Assembly: GCA_040753015.1 (NCBI GenBank)
Contig: JBFMHM010000005.1
Location: 14,730-78,729 of the forward strand
Direction: 5' to 3'
Length of the DNA stretch: 64,000 bases
DNA from: Candidatus Omnitrophota bacterium
GTDB lineage: Bacteria > Omnitrophota > Gorgyraeia > Gygaellales > JBFMHM01
Shown: piece by piece, positions 37,535 through 47,800 of the stretch
Layout: each line of letters opens with the position of its first letter
Position numbering within the stretch: the first letter of the stretch is position 1
Notes under the pieces: generated by a model
Told to the model about the DNA's origin: nothing
Database searches by the model: none
Seen by the model: the letters and a program-made list of their open reading frames with translations, nothing else
Made by a program: the position numbers and the translations under genes

Positions 37535-39376
37535 TTAATCCTCCTTTAAGGGCCTGTAACTAAAACCTAGCCATTTAATATCTGCGTGGCTACAAAACTC
37601 TAAAACATTCAGCCGTATACCATGAACTAAAACCGACATCGGCCCAAGTATTAAATTTAAACCATGCCCAACTATCAAAATAAATACCGCAACAATCAGA
37701 TTAATAATATTCGCCTGCCAGTTAATACTACTAGCCATTAAATTAAATGTGTCAGCAACAGCTACACTAGCAAGCCCAACCGCAAAAAGACGCACATAAG
37801 ATACTACATCGGTAAAGTTGTTCATAATTGTAAGTGCAAGATTACCTAACCCGGCGCCAATCGCCTTCAAGATATTCTTCTGTGGGCTTGTAAACAGAAC
37901 TACAAAGATTACGCCGGATAACAACATCCATTTTGCTGCTGCTGGAAATGAATCTCCTAAAATAAGCGCCTTTGCCAAAAAGAATACTACCCAAAGGACT
38001 AAAATCCAACCAATGTCAACTAAAGCCGCCAAAGAAGGAAGTTTAATTATTGCTCTCCACAAGTGAGCCAGGCTTAAATGCAAAGCACCTAAAAAGAAAC
38101 AAAAAGTTTGCAATACGTTTGTATTGTTTAATGCCGGAGCAAGTGGTTTTATTGTCTTGGGCAGCCAACTCTGGCCAAAAAATGTGCCTGTCAATAACCC
38201 CCATATAATAGCGCAACCTATCAAAATATAAAAGAGAAAAAATATTTGTTTTTCATTCTTATTAAATTTCCTCTTTTTCTGTATCGAAAATGTAATTAAT
38301 AAATAAACTAATCCATAGCCAGCGTCGCCAATAATCATTCCGAAAAATATGCTAAAGAATATTAAAAATATCCTGCTAATATCTAACTCATGATACCCTG
38401 GCACAATCTCAACTAGTTTAAATACAGGCTCAATAATAGAAACCCACTTAGGGTTACGCACTAAAGTCGGAATAACATCTTCATCTGTTGGATCATTAAT
38501 CAAAATTGCCCATTTTTTAATCTTTGCACGTTCAGTTATTTTATTAGTTAAATCAGACGGCACAAACCCAACAAAATAAGAAAAAACCTCTTTCTTACCA
38601 CTTGCGCAAAGCACCTTCTGGAATTCAAGCTCTTTTTCAAGCCGAGATTTTACTTTTAAAAAATACTCATTAAAACAAGTATATTTATGCAAATCCGCTC
38701 TTAATAAACTTATTGTTTTTGCATCCTCGTCTTTTCTTTCAATCATCGCAGAGAGACGCATCTGCGGCAAGGAAACTTCTTTAAAAGGCACATCAATATT
38801 TTCCTGCCTGCTCGCCTCGCGGCGAAGCCGAGGGCCATCAGGCATGGCTGTTGCGATAACTAAACAATTAACTATGGCTGCTTTGGTTGAAATTTTTTCT
38901 ATAATTAAATTGGAGGGGAATTTATTTAATTCATTAGCCGGAACTTGATATAACTTTACAAAAATATTTTTCTTAGCTAAAGAGTGGATTTGTTCTATGT
39001 CAAAATCTCCCCATAAACGCCACTGGTCAATTTTATGTAAAAGCTGCTTTGAGTATTCCTCAAGATGGTCAATTCTTTTCCAAGAATCAATAATATGCCT
39101 TGCGCTTATTTTCCAATCAGTAATTTCTCTTTCCAGGTGTATTGCCTTACAATTCTCATACACCTCAAACTCTGCCAATACTTCTAATGCTTGATTTATT
39201 AGGCTTAAATCTGCTTCTAGACTTGTAATATTACTCGAACTTACAACATTTTGCATCTCAACATGTAAAACTCCTAGCCCCCTTAAATTTATTAATGCAT
39301 CTTCTTTATCTTTATCCTGCACAATAATTGCTACTTTTTTCATTGGCACAATCATTCGTCGCTTTTCGCTCCTCAA
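37535..39376 (-). CDS. ntpI: V-type ATPase subunit I (membrane a-subunit homologue)
   Basis: 613 aa, hydrophilic N-terminal half plus a polytopic C-terminal half. Operon position between D and K. Confidence 0.8.
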   Translation of the reverse strand: MRSEKRRMIVPMKKVAIIVQDKDKEDALINLRGLGVLHVEMQNVVSSSNITSLEADLSLINQALEVLAEFEVYENCKAIHLEREITDWKISARHIIDSWKRIDHLEEYSKQLLHKIDQWRLWGDFDIEQIHSLAKKNIFVKLYQVPANELNKFPSNLIIEKISTKAAIVNCLVIATAMPDGPRLRREASRQENIDVPFKEVSLPQMRLSAMIERKDEDAKTISLLRADLHKYTCFNEYFLKVKSRLEKELEFQKVLCASGKKEVFSYFVGFVPSDLTNKITERAKIKKWAILINDPTDEDVIPTLVRNPKWVSIIEPVFKLVEIVPGYHELDISRIFLIFFSIFFGMIIGDAGYGLVYLLITFSIQKKRKFNKNEKQIFFLFYILIGCAIIWGLLTGTFFGQSWLPKTIKPLAPALNNTNVLQTFCFFLGALHLSLAHLWRAIIKLPSLAALVDIGWILVLWVVFFLAKALILGDSFPAAAKWMLLSGVIFVVLFTSPQKNILKAIGAGLGNLALTIMNNFTDVVSYVRLFAVGLASVAVADTFNLMASSINWQANIINLIVAVFILIVGHGLNLILGPMSVLVHGIRLNVLEFCSHADIKWLGFSYRPLKED

Positions 39377-39399
39377 AATAAAAAATTAAAATGCAACAA

Positions 39400-40008
39400 T
39401 CAAAAACCCAATACTTCTTCTAATTCAATCTTACTTTTAGTAATTTTACTACGGCCTACAGCGTTAGCCATTTGATCACCTAAATAAATTTTGATTATCC
39501 GTATCGTCTCCAAACATTGAGGAATCTTAACTTTTTCAAATAAATTTACGCGCTGAGTAGTAATGCGCATCTCCTGGCGTAACACTTCAACTCCTTTTTT
39601 AATAAATCTTAATTCTTCTTCTAGGCAAACCGTTGCTTTTATCGCTAAAATAGCATAGTCTACCCAAAGCGGAGCTAAAAATAAATCATACTCAATTGGT
39701 TTAAACTCACAGCTTTTTAAACAGGCAATATCAACGCCGGCGACATTTTTTGTATAGGTAATATTTTTCTCTAATTGGATAAATTTTTTTATATCAAAGT
39801 TGTCTGTAAAAATACCACTATACATCAAAACCTCTTTTTTCTTTTGAGCAAGCCTATGCTCTCTTTCTTCCAAAAGAGAAAGTTGCGCTAAAATTTCCAT
39901 CTGCAGTTGCTGCTTTTTTAATTGCAAAGTGGGCAGGTAACGCTCATATTGCCTTAAAGCGTCTTTTTGTTTTTTTAATTCGCCTTTAGTAAGCTTAATC
40001 TTTGCCAT
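39400..40008 (-). CDS. ntpD: V-type ATPase subunit D
   Basis: N-terminal KLTKGELKKQKDALRQYERYLPTLQLKKQQL matches the subunit D consensus. Length is 202 aa. Confidence 0.7.
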   Translation of the reverse strand: MAKIKLTKGELKKQKDALRQYERYLPTLQLKKQQLQMEILAQLSLLEEREHRLAQKKKEVLMYSGIFTDNFDIKKFIQLEKNITYTKNVAGVDIACLKSCEFKPIEYDLFLAPLWVDYAILAIKATVCLEEELRFIKKGVEVLRQEMRITTQRVNLFEKVKIPQCLETIRIIKIYLGDQMANAVGRSKITKSKIELEEVLGF

Positions 40009-40038
40009 TTGAGTAAATTATACCCATAAAATCAGTAC

Positions 40039-40980
40039 CTACCTTTTACGCTCTCTATTATCTTGGTAGGTTTTTACTGCCTCAAAGCTCGTCAACCAAT
40101 TTCTGCCTTCTTTATAAGCTTCAATCTTTCCTTGACGACAAAGTAAATTTAAATATTTTTCTGAATAGGGTGTAGTCTTTGCAATCACTGATAACAACAT
40201 AAATTTACCTTTACTGTCTTTTGCGCCAACTAGAGTTTTTAAGTAAAGATTAATTGAACGCTCAACTGCCTGTGCTATAAATCTTACAAATTGAATATAA
40301 TTTCCTTTATCAGCTTTTTCTAAACTATCATAATATTTTTTACGATCATTTTTTAAAATAACAATTAATGGATAGCCTTTTTGCATAAGTAATAAATTCA
40401 TTACTAAGCGGGCAGTACGCCCATTGCCATCGAAAAATGGGTGTATAAAAACAAGCTTGTGGTGGACTATTGTAGCTAACTCTATCGGGTGTAGCTTATT
40501 TTTATTTACTCTTATCCATTCTAATAAATCCTTCATTAATATAGGCACTTCAAATGCGTCTGGCGGCCTATGAGATGAACCAGTAATAATAACATTGCCC
40601 TTGCGATATACCCCAGCTTCTTTTGGCTCTGTATCTTTTATAACCAATTGCTGAAGGTTACGAATTAATATTTCAGAAAAAGTAGCTCGCTTCCCATGCT
40701 CAATTAATTCGTACAAATAATTAAGTGCTTCGTAATGATCTTTTGCCTCAAGGTGATCCTTTAAAGATTTACCCTTAATAGTAATACCTTCGTTAATAAT
40801 TAAATAGGTCTCTTTAAGTGTAAGCTTATTACCTTCAATCGCATTAGAATTATAAGTCATTTCAATAGCAAACTGCTCTCTAAGCTTTGCTACTTGCTCA
40901 GGAGATAAAGGGCGCAGCTTCTGCAACTCTTTGAGTTTTGAATCTACACGCTCTCTTAAATGATCCTCTAAATATTTCAT
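40039..40980 (-). CDS. Fic/Doc family protein (AMPylation-type fold) with a C-terminal winged-helix-like region
   Basis: Canonical Fic motif HPFFDGNGRTARL. Confidence 0.85.
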   Translation of the reverse strand: MKYLEDHLRERVDSKLKELQKLRPLSPEQVAKLREQFAIEMTYNSNAIEGNKLTLKETYLIINEGITIKGKSLKDHLEAKDHYEALNYLYELIEHGKRATFSEILIRNLQQLVIKDTEPKEAGVYRKGNVIITGSSHRPPDAFEVPILMKDLLEWIRVNKNKLHPIELATIVHHKLVFIHPFFDGNGRTARLVMNLLLMQKGYPLIVILKNDRKKYYDSLEKADKGNYIQFVRFIAQAVERSINLYLKTLVGAKDSKGKFMLLSVIAKTTPYSEKYLNLLCRQGKIEAYKEGRNWLTSFEAVKTYQDNRERKR

Positions 40981-41088
40981 TTTCTTAATATGGTATGGCT
41001 TACTTTTTCATAGTATACCATATTAGCATATTTGTGCAATAAATTTTATTTCCTCGGAAAAATCTGTTGCAGCTGTGCTTGTGGGATG

Positions 41089-41122
41089 TTTGCGGTAAGT
41101 ACTATTAGGATATCGCGTAGAT
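41089..41122. repeat. 34-bp direct repeat, copy 1 (tttgcggtaagtactattaggatatcgcgtagat); it begins a diverged duplicate of the 3' end of the giant gene
   Basis: Identical 34-mer at 41909-41942. In the giant gene's frame the copy-1 region reads ...NLRDILIVLTANIPQAQLQQIFPRK*, against the giant's C-terminus ...HLRDILIVLTANLSQIQLRQIFLRKN*. Confidence 0.8.
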
Positions 41123-41143
41123 TTAGATCGACAGAATAATAAT

Positions 41144-41497
41144 TTATGCTCTATTCTCTTGATTTATAATTTGTTGAACATCTTTCTGAAGAGCTGGAAT
41201 TTTTTTAACAACAACATCCCAGACAATATCATAATCTACACCAAAATAATCATGTATTAATACATCTCGCATACCAGCGATTGCCTTCCACTCTATATTG
41301 GGATATTTATGTTTTAATTCGTCGGGGATCTTTTTTGTAGCTTCTCCAATAATTTCTATACTACGGACAAAAGCCCTCTGTAATGTTTCATTGCAAATAA
41401 ATTTATCCCTATCTAATTCAATTGACTTATCTGTAAGATACTTTGTTTCTTCTAAAATATGAAATAGATATTCAATTCCGGGAAATGACATATTCAA
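41144..41497 (-). CDS. HepT-like HEPN-domain toxin (DUF86)
   Basis: Rx4-6H HEPN motif [10 protein letters not shown]. The gene overlaps the upstream mntA-like gene. Confidence 0.7.
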   Translation of the reverse strand: MNMSFPGIEYLFHILEETKYLTDKSIELDRDKFICNETLQRAFVRSIEIIGEATKKIPDELKHKYPNIEWKAIAGMRDVLIHDYFGVDYDIVWDVVVKKIPALQKDVQQIINQENRA

Positions 41498-41777
41498 CTT
41501 CTCTCATAATATTTGGTTTAATATAAGGGCTCAATGATTCATTGGTTACTAATTCAATACGTTGCTTAAGTAAATCCTCTAATAAAAAAGAAAGATGCAC
41601 AAAATTATCAAATGTTTTTTTATCACGATAAAATTCTACCAACAGATCTATATCGCTCTGAACAGTTTGTTCTTTTCGCACAAACGATCCAAATAAACCA
41701 AGCTTTTTTACACCAAAAGTCTTAATTTTATCTTGATTATCTCTGATAATCGATAAAACATCTTCTTTGCCAAACAT
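41472..41777 (-). CDS. MntA-like nucleotidyltransferase antitoxin
   Basis: [23 protein letters not shown] minimal nucleotidyltransferase motif (GS...DxD). Confidence 0.8.
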   Translation of the reverse strand: MFGKEDVLSIIRDNQDKIKTFGVKKLGLFGSFVRKEQTVQSDIDLLVEFYRDKKTFDNFVHLSFLLEDLLKQRIELVTNESLSPYIKPNIMREVEYVISRN

Positions 41778-41862
41778 AATATTTCACCTCTTTTAAGATT
41801 CATTATAATCTTTATTTGAAAAAATTAAAGATATTTTTTAATTTGGTTTTTTTATTCAAAAA

Positions 41863-44800
41863 CTAATTCTTCCTCAAAAAAATCTGGCGTAACTGAATTT
41901 GTGATAAATTTGCGGTAAGTACTATTAGGATATCGCGTAGATGTAGGTTAGTGGGAATATATTGTTCCTCTTCTTGGCGCAATATTTTTGCGATAGAAGA
42001 AATTGTTTTCTGCTTATCTGTAAGATTCACTTCAATTATATTCGTAACATCCGCGCTGGTTAAATTATCAATTGCCTGCGTCACAATTGGCAAATTTGTA
42101 AAATCTATACCACCTAATGGTGAGCCTGTCGAACCATCAATTCCGCCTGGCTCTTCGGGTGCATTAGCTACGGTTGTATCTCTTTTCGGCAAAGTGATTG
42201 TGTAAACTAAACTATTTTCGGCTTCGTCGTAAACTACATTTACGCCTCCTCCGTGCATTTGAATAATTTGCCATAATAAATCCATGCCAAGCCCTTTGCC
42301 TGCGTCTTCATCAGAATAATCTGTAATTTCGCCAGTTTGTTCTTTTGTTAAAAACATATTTTGCCGGTTAAAATGCGAGTTAGTTTCAGTTAATCGTCTA
42401 AGTTCTACACTTGGCGCAACTTTTTTGCATTTTACAGTTAACGTGTATCCAGAGCCGCTTTCTTCTAAACTAATTTCTGGCTTTTCACTGCCATGTTTTA
42501 TAGTATTACTAAAAATCCTTGATGTAGCAAAACTAAATAAATCTAGATCAGCATAAATATTTTGACTGCTTAAATCATCTGAATAAACAACATCTTTTCT
42601 TTCTACTCTGCGCCCACCTGTATGATATGAACTTAAATTATTAAATACAGAATCAAATAATCCACCTAAAGGAATTTTAGTTTTTTCAACTTCGTCACTG
42701 AATAACTTCTTTAAAAACGATAAACTTGTTCTTAATTGCTGGCTTTTGGTTTGCATTTTCTCATACTCTGCAATAAATCTTGTATCATTTATGTGAGATT
42801 CGCGCTCTGTTTCAATAATAGCTTCGATTTTATCGCAAGTATCTACTAAGCCATCAATTGCTTTGATTATTTCGGCTTTATACTCTGCTAAATACTCGAC
42901 AACATTTTTATCAATTAACATTGCATGTTTAATGGCGAGAAAATAGTCGTAGTAATTGTTAAATTTTTCTATAAGGGGATTTCTATCATCCCATTTCGAA
43001 TAATCTACTCTTAGAACAAGAGTATCATATTCTGCACGTAAAACAGCCATAATATGCGCAATTGGCATTTGGCCATGTCCTAATACAATGCGTAGACCAT
43101 AAAACACGCGCTCAAAGTCTAATTGTTCCTGGCTATAACTTTCACCAGATTGTAAATAAGCAATTATGCGTCTTAAACCTTGATTATATTGTTCTTTTAA
43201 ACTACCGGAAAGATGCTTTTCCTTGACATATTCAATCAATTCAGTAACTGTTGTTGGCTTATCCTCCTCACCACAAACACCCTCTCGTATTAGCCTTTCT
43301 CGCTCTTCTTCACTAAATCCAGCGGCTTTTAAAATATGGGCTTTTTGCCTAATTTCTTCTGGCGTGTATGCCTTATCTGGGTTGGGATGTTTAGCAGGCC
43401 TGCCATCTGGGTCAATTACATAACAATGCCCTTTCTCTTTACCAACCAAATGCGCTTTGACAATTGCATCAAGTTCTGTATCGCTGACCGTTCTACCTAA
43501 AACTTCCTCCGCGCGGAGTTTCAAGGACAAGCGTTCTAAGGTATTTATAACTTCATTTCCTACAATCACCCTCGATGTATACATTTTTCCTTCAAGATCT
43601 TGGAAGTAATCATGAAGATGGACCATGGTATCCGTTCTTGGATGTATCTCGTTTCCTAATAAACATGCATATAATTCATTAAGTATAAGATCTATGTTAT
43701 TTGGATTATATCCACCCACTGTATTCATAATTCTGATAAGCTTATATTGTTCATCAGGATCTACCTTATCCCATATTGTTTTGACACCATCTCTTATAAA
43801 AGGCTCAGTAAAATAAAGGCCATGGCGAAACTCATGGCGTACTACTTGCCCTCGCTCAGGAGAATCTTGAGCAACTGAGATAATAGCAATTGTTTTTGAG
43901 TGGCTAGGGACATATTTGCCATTCGTATATTTCATAAAACCGAATCGCAATAAGTCATCTTTTATTTTTAATTCTGTATCATTTAAAACAATGCCTTTCT
44001 TTTTAGCTTGCGTATAGAATTTACAGATATCCTCAATTCTAAAATCATACCCTATACCTTTTTTTTCTTCACCTTTATCATATGCCTCTTTTAAGCGTCG
44101 ATCATCTAATACGTTGCCTGCATTCGTATCTGATTCGGTAAAAACAGACAGCCTAAAAAAGGCATCATCTTGAAGGCCTGTTGTTGCAAATTCAATATGA
44201 AATATATCTTCATCGCTGACCTGATAAAATTTATATTTGTGATCTATTGGTAAACTAAGTTTCTCCAACTCAGCGACACGTATACTTTCAATTCCATCTG
44301 GTTTTGTAATGTCTGAAGTTAGAGCAACTTCTACTCTTTGTGATACTCTTTGCTCTTCGGCTAATACTGGTTTATTTCCAATACTAATTCCCAAAAATAA
44401 CGCTAGAGGAATTAAAAAACTTCGCCATCTTCCAATCTCAAATAATCTTGAAGTAGAAACCGACGTAGCGCTTGGCATATTCGCATAACGCGTCGTTCCA
44501 TAACGTAAATTATACGCAATAGAACAAATCTCCTCTCTCGTCAATCGCTCTAATGGTTCCTTTTCTTCAAACCATACTGCTAATTGTTCTTCTTTTCTCA
44601 TATCAGAAACTCTATCATCAGAATCAAAAATAAAACCGCCACCGAGCCTTTTATTGATTTCTTGAAAAAAACCATAACCCTCATTCACTACCTTATCTGA
44701 ATCATAAAAAACACCGTGCATACCTATAATAATGTTAACTAAAGCATAATATGGCGTAATTTCGGCTTCGGCGTAACGCGAGGTACCTTCAGAATTAGAA

Positions 44801-47800
44801 ACTCCTAACAATTCCCTCCGTTTGTGTTCTATTTCATGTTCTCGAGTCGAACGAATTATACTATCAGTAATCTCATCTATATCCTTCTCGCCAAATTCTC
44901 GTAAAAACATTTGAAAAATCTGCCAATTCAACGTAGATGAATTAGTTGAAAAGTTTCGGAATCTTCTTCTAGACATAAAATCATCTTTGTTTGTTATTAT
45001 TTCTTTAATATTTTGAGCATGCTCTCTACAAGCAGAAACATTAATAATTACAGCGTTTTCATTTGTGATGCACAGACCAAGCAGACGCCATTGATAAAAT
45101 GGCTCTAGAAAAACTACCCCTATTTTTCTCTTCTCTAATTTTACTAGTTCACAGTCAATAACGCTTCCTATTGTTACAATGTATCTACGATATGCACTAC
45201 GTGATAATATTCTCTCTACTACAGCTATATCTTTCTCCCCACAAACGCCTGTTCGAATTAGTTTATCTCCCTCTTCCATAGTAAAACGCTTATCTCGCAT
45301 AAGTATAGTTAATATAGCTTTAAGGTCTGCGCGTCTAAAAGCTTTGGCTTTTTCGGGATTTCTGGCAGGATTATCGTCTGAACCAATTACATAACTACGC
45401 CCTCTTCTTATGCCTTCTTCGTGCGCTTCTATAATTGCATCAAGCTGTTCCTCAGTAACACCGTCTTTCCATTTTACTGGGTCAAGTTCTTGTAATGCCT
45501 TGTTGGCTGCCTCTCGAAGGCCTTGACGTTCTGCGGTAGAAACTGTAGTAAGAGTTGCCGCGGATTGTCGCCCTGCTACCGCCACTACTCCATCGCCTGT
45601 TTGTAAATCGGCAGAATATACAGTTGAAAATACCATTAAACCTGTTAGGTCTCCTGAATAACTCTGACGCAATCCTCCTAACTTACTATATTCTCTATTC
45701 AACATAACACCTAAATCAGAAATAATTGCTCTTCTTGAATACATTCTTATTCCCATATCATAATCTCTTAGATCTTCCGCTGGTTTTTCTCTCCCATAAA
45801 ACCAACCTTGTTTATATAATGATAGTGCATATGATCCCTGAGTGATTTCTAATAAACCACAATCTACGCTTTTACCCCCCAGACTAGGAGCAATAAACCC
45901 TAAAGCATCCGGTTTCATTATTTTTTTATAATTTGATGTGACGCTATTTATATTCGTAACCGCGGGACTCAACCAAAAAACAACATCATATTCTACGCTA
46001 TGATCTTCGGCAAATTCATCATCCAATAATCTAGAAATACCGGTTATCCTATCATCACTAAGCTCTGTTAACTCAGAGTCAACGCAAGTAATATGTATAT
46101 TTGGATACTGCTCTTTTAATAAATCTCTTATTACTCTTCCTTCCAGTAAAGTAGGGCCGCAGCCAATAACCGCAATATTTAATTTTCTTTCTTTATCACT
46201 GCCAAATCTAGCTTTGATCAAATCAATAAGATTAGCCTCTATTGGCTTTGCGCTAAGCATCACTCTAACAGCTTGCCATTCACTTAAGGTAGAAAGATAT
46301 TGTTCAAAACCAGATGGATTTTTCATTCCTGCATTTGTTTCAATAAATCCTCTAACCACTCTTCCCAATACAGTATTAGATTTATCTTCATCTGGTTGCG
46401 CTATAGGATTAACCTGCCAATCTTTACCTCTGTTAAAGAATTGTTGGGTTAGTCCTATGGCGGCATAGTGGTCTAAATATTGGTCTGGAATATTTTCTAA
46501 AGCTTCGTGTAGGATATATTCATCAATTAAATCTTTTGGCAAGCCGGCTTGGCCTTCTTGGCTAAACAAATACCAAATTAAATTTACAGCTAAAGCACAA
46601 TTTGAGCCAAGGAAGTAGCGGTTAGAGAATTCTGCTCTTGCATTAAACCAGTTAAAATACTCGGGTGGAGAACGTAAACAAGCAAACACTCTTTTAACTT
46701 GCTCTGCTGGAATGTTACGAGCTTCAAGCAAGCGCCTTAATTCAGCTTCACGGCTAATTATTCTAGCAGCTCGTTTATTTACCAATCCAACTACAGATTG
46801 GCCTGCTGCTTTTACAGTCTCAGAGTCCTGCCTAATATCCGCCTCAATTTGTATTATCTCCTCTGCGCTGTATCCGCGGGCAATTTGACCAGAACCTTCA
46901 TCTTTACTATGTACCACCACCTGATCTCCACTCACGCTTACTCTTTTAAGATAATCTGCACCTTCTGGCACAAGACTGTCGCCTGCAGGCAAACAGGTTA
47001 CAGAACTACCGGTTATCGGATCAACTGCGCGCTCTCCAACTTGCGGTATTTGACTAATGTTAAATACCGCTCCTCCACTAGTATATGTGCGGATAATTTT
47101 AGCTTTTGCTGTGGGGATAACTTCTTTTATATTGTATTCGCCTTCTTTGAAGGATTTTTCGTATTGGCGATAGTAGGCATCTATTGACCAGGGAGTTTTT
47201 GAAGTGAGATTGGTTAAATCACCAGAATCTATTTTTAATTTATCTTTATGTCTTTCTTTAAACCACTGGGCAATGATTAGAGAATAATAGACTTGCCTTA
47301 AAGCAGCGTAACGTTTTGATGAATTAATTTCTTTGTTAAGTTTTGGGATGATTAGTTCTTTAATAAGCTGTGCAGAATAATCGTTCAAGATTTTATCATT
47401 TTGGTTGCTATCAAACTCCCCCTTTATCCCCCTCTTTGGCAAAGAGGGGGCCTGGGGGAGTTGTCGGTGTTCTGCTTCTAACATCACCTTCATTGTTGCT
47501 TTGTAAACATAGCAAGAACCTTTATTTTCAGCAATAATTATCTCATCAGGAACAATCCATGGGCGAAGAAGAGTGGGGATTTTAATTTTTGTTGCGCCTT
47601 GTTGTAACTCTTTTGCCTTTATAAATAGCTTATTCCAATATTCTTTACCTTCTTTTGTTTTAGGTGAGGTTAATTTAGCTGTATCTTGTTTTAACTGAAC
47701 GTCGGCTTCAAGAAGAATTCTACCAACATCAGTTTGAGCTAATCGTTCGTCAATAACATTATTTTGTTCATTAGGCCCTAAACCAGAGCTCACTTCGTTC

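Noticed and set aside
44700-45100. HEIEH (HExxH) motif in the first half of the giant protein
   Set aside because: It sits in a highly charged helical segment (STREHEIEHKRRELLG) without surrounding metallopeptidase context, so it is likely fortuitous. Only the HEFRH motif in the second half is mentioned, and that one is also tentative.
43223-47187. Several 60-130 aa plus-strand ORFs (43223-43423, 45179-45394, 46214-46468, 46798-47187)
   Set aside because: All lie antisense inside the 2089-aa ORF. Two of them simply mirror the duplicated module of the giant gene, which is why they resemble each other.
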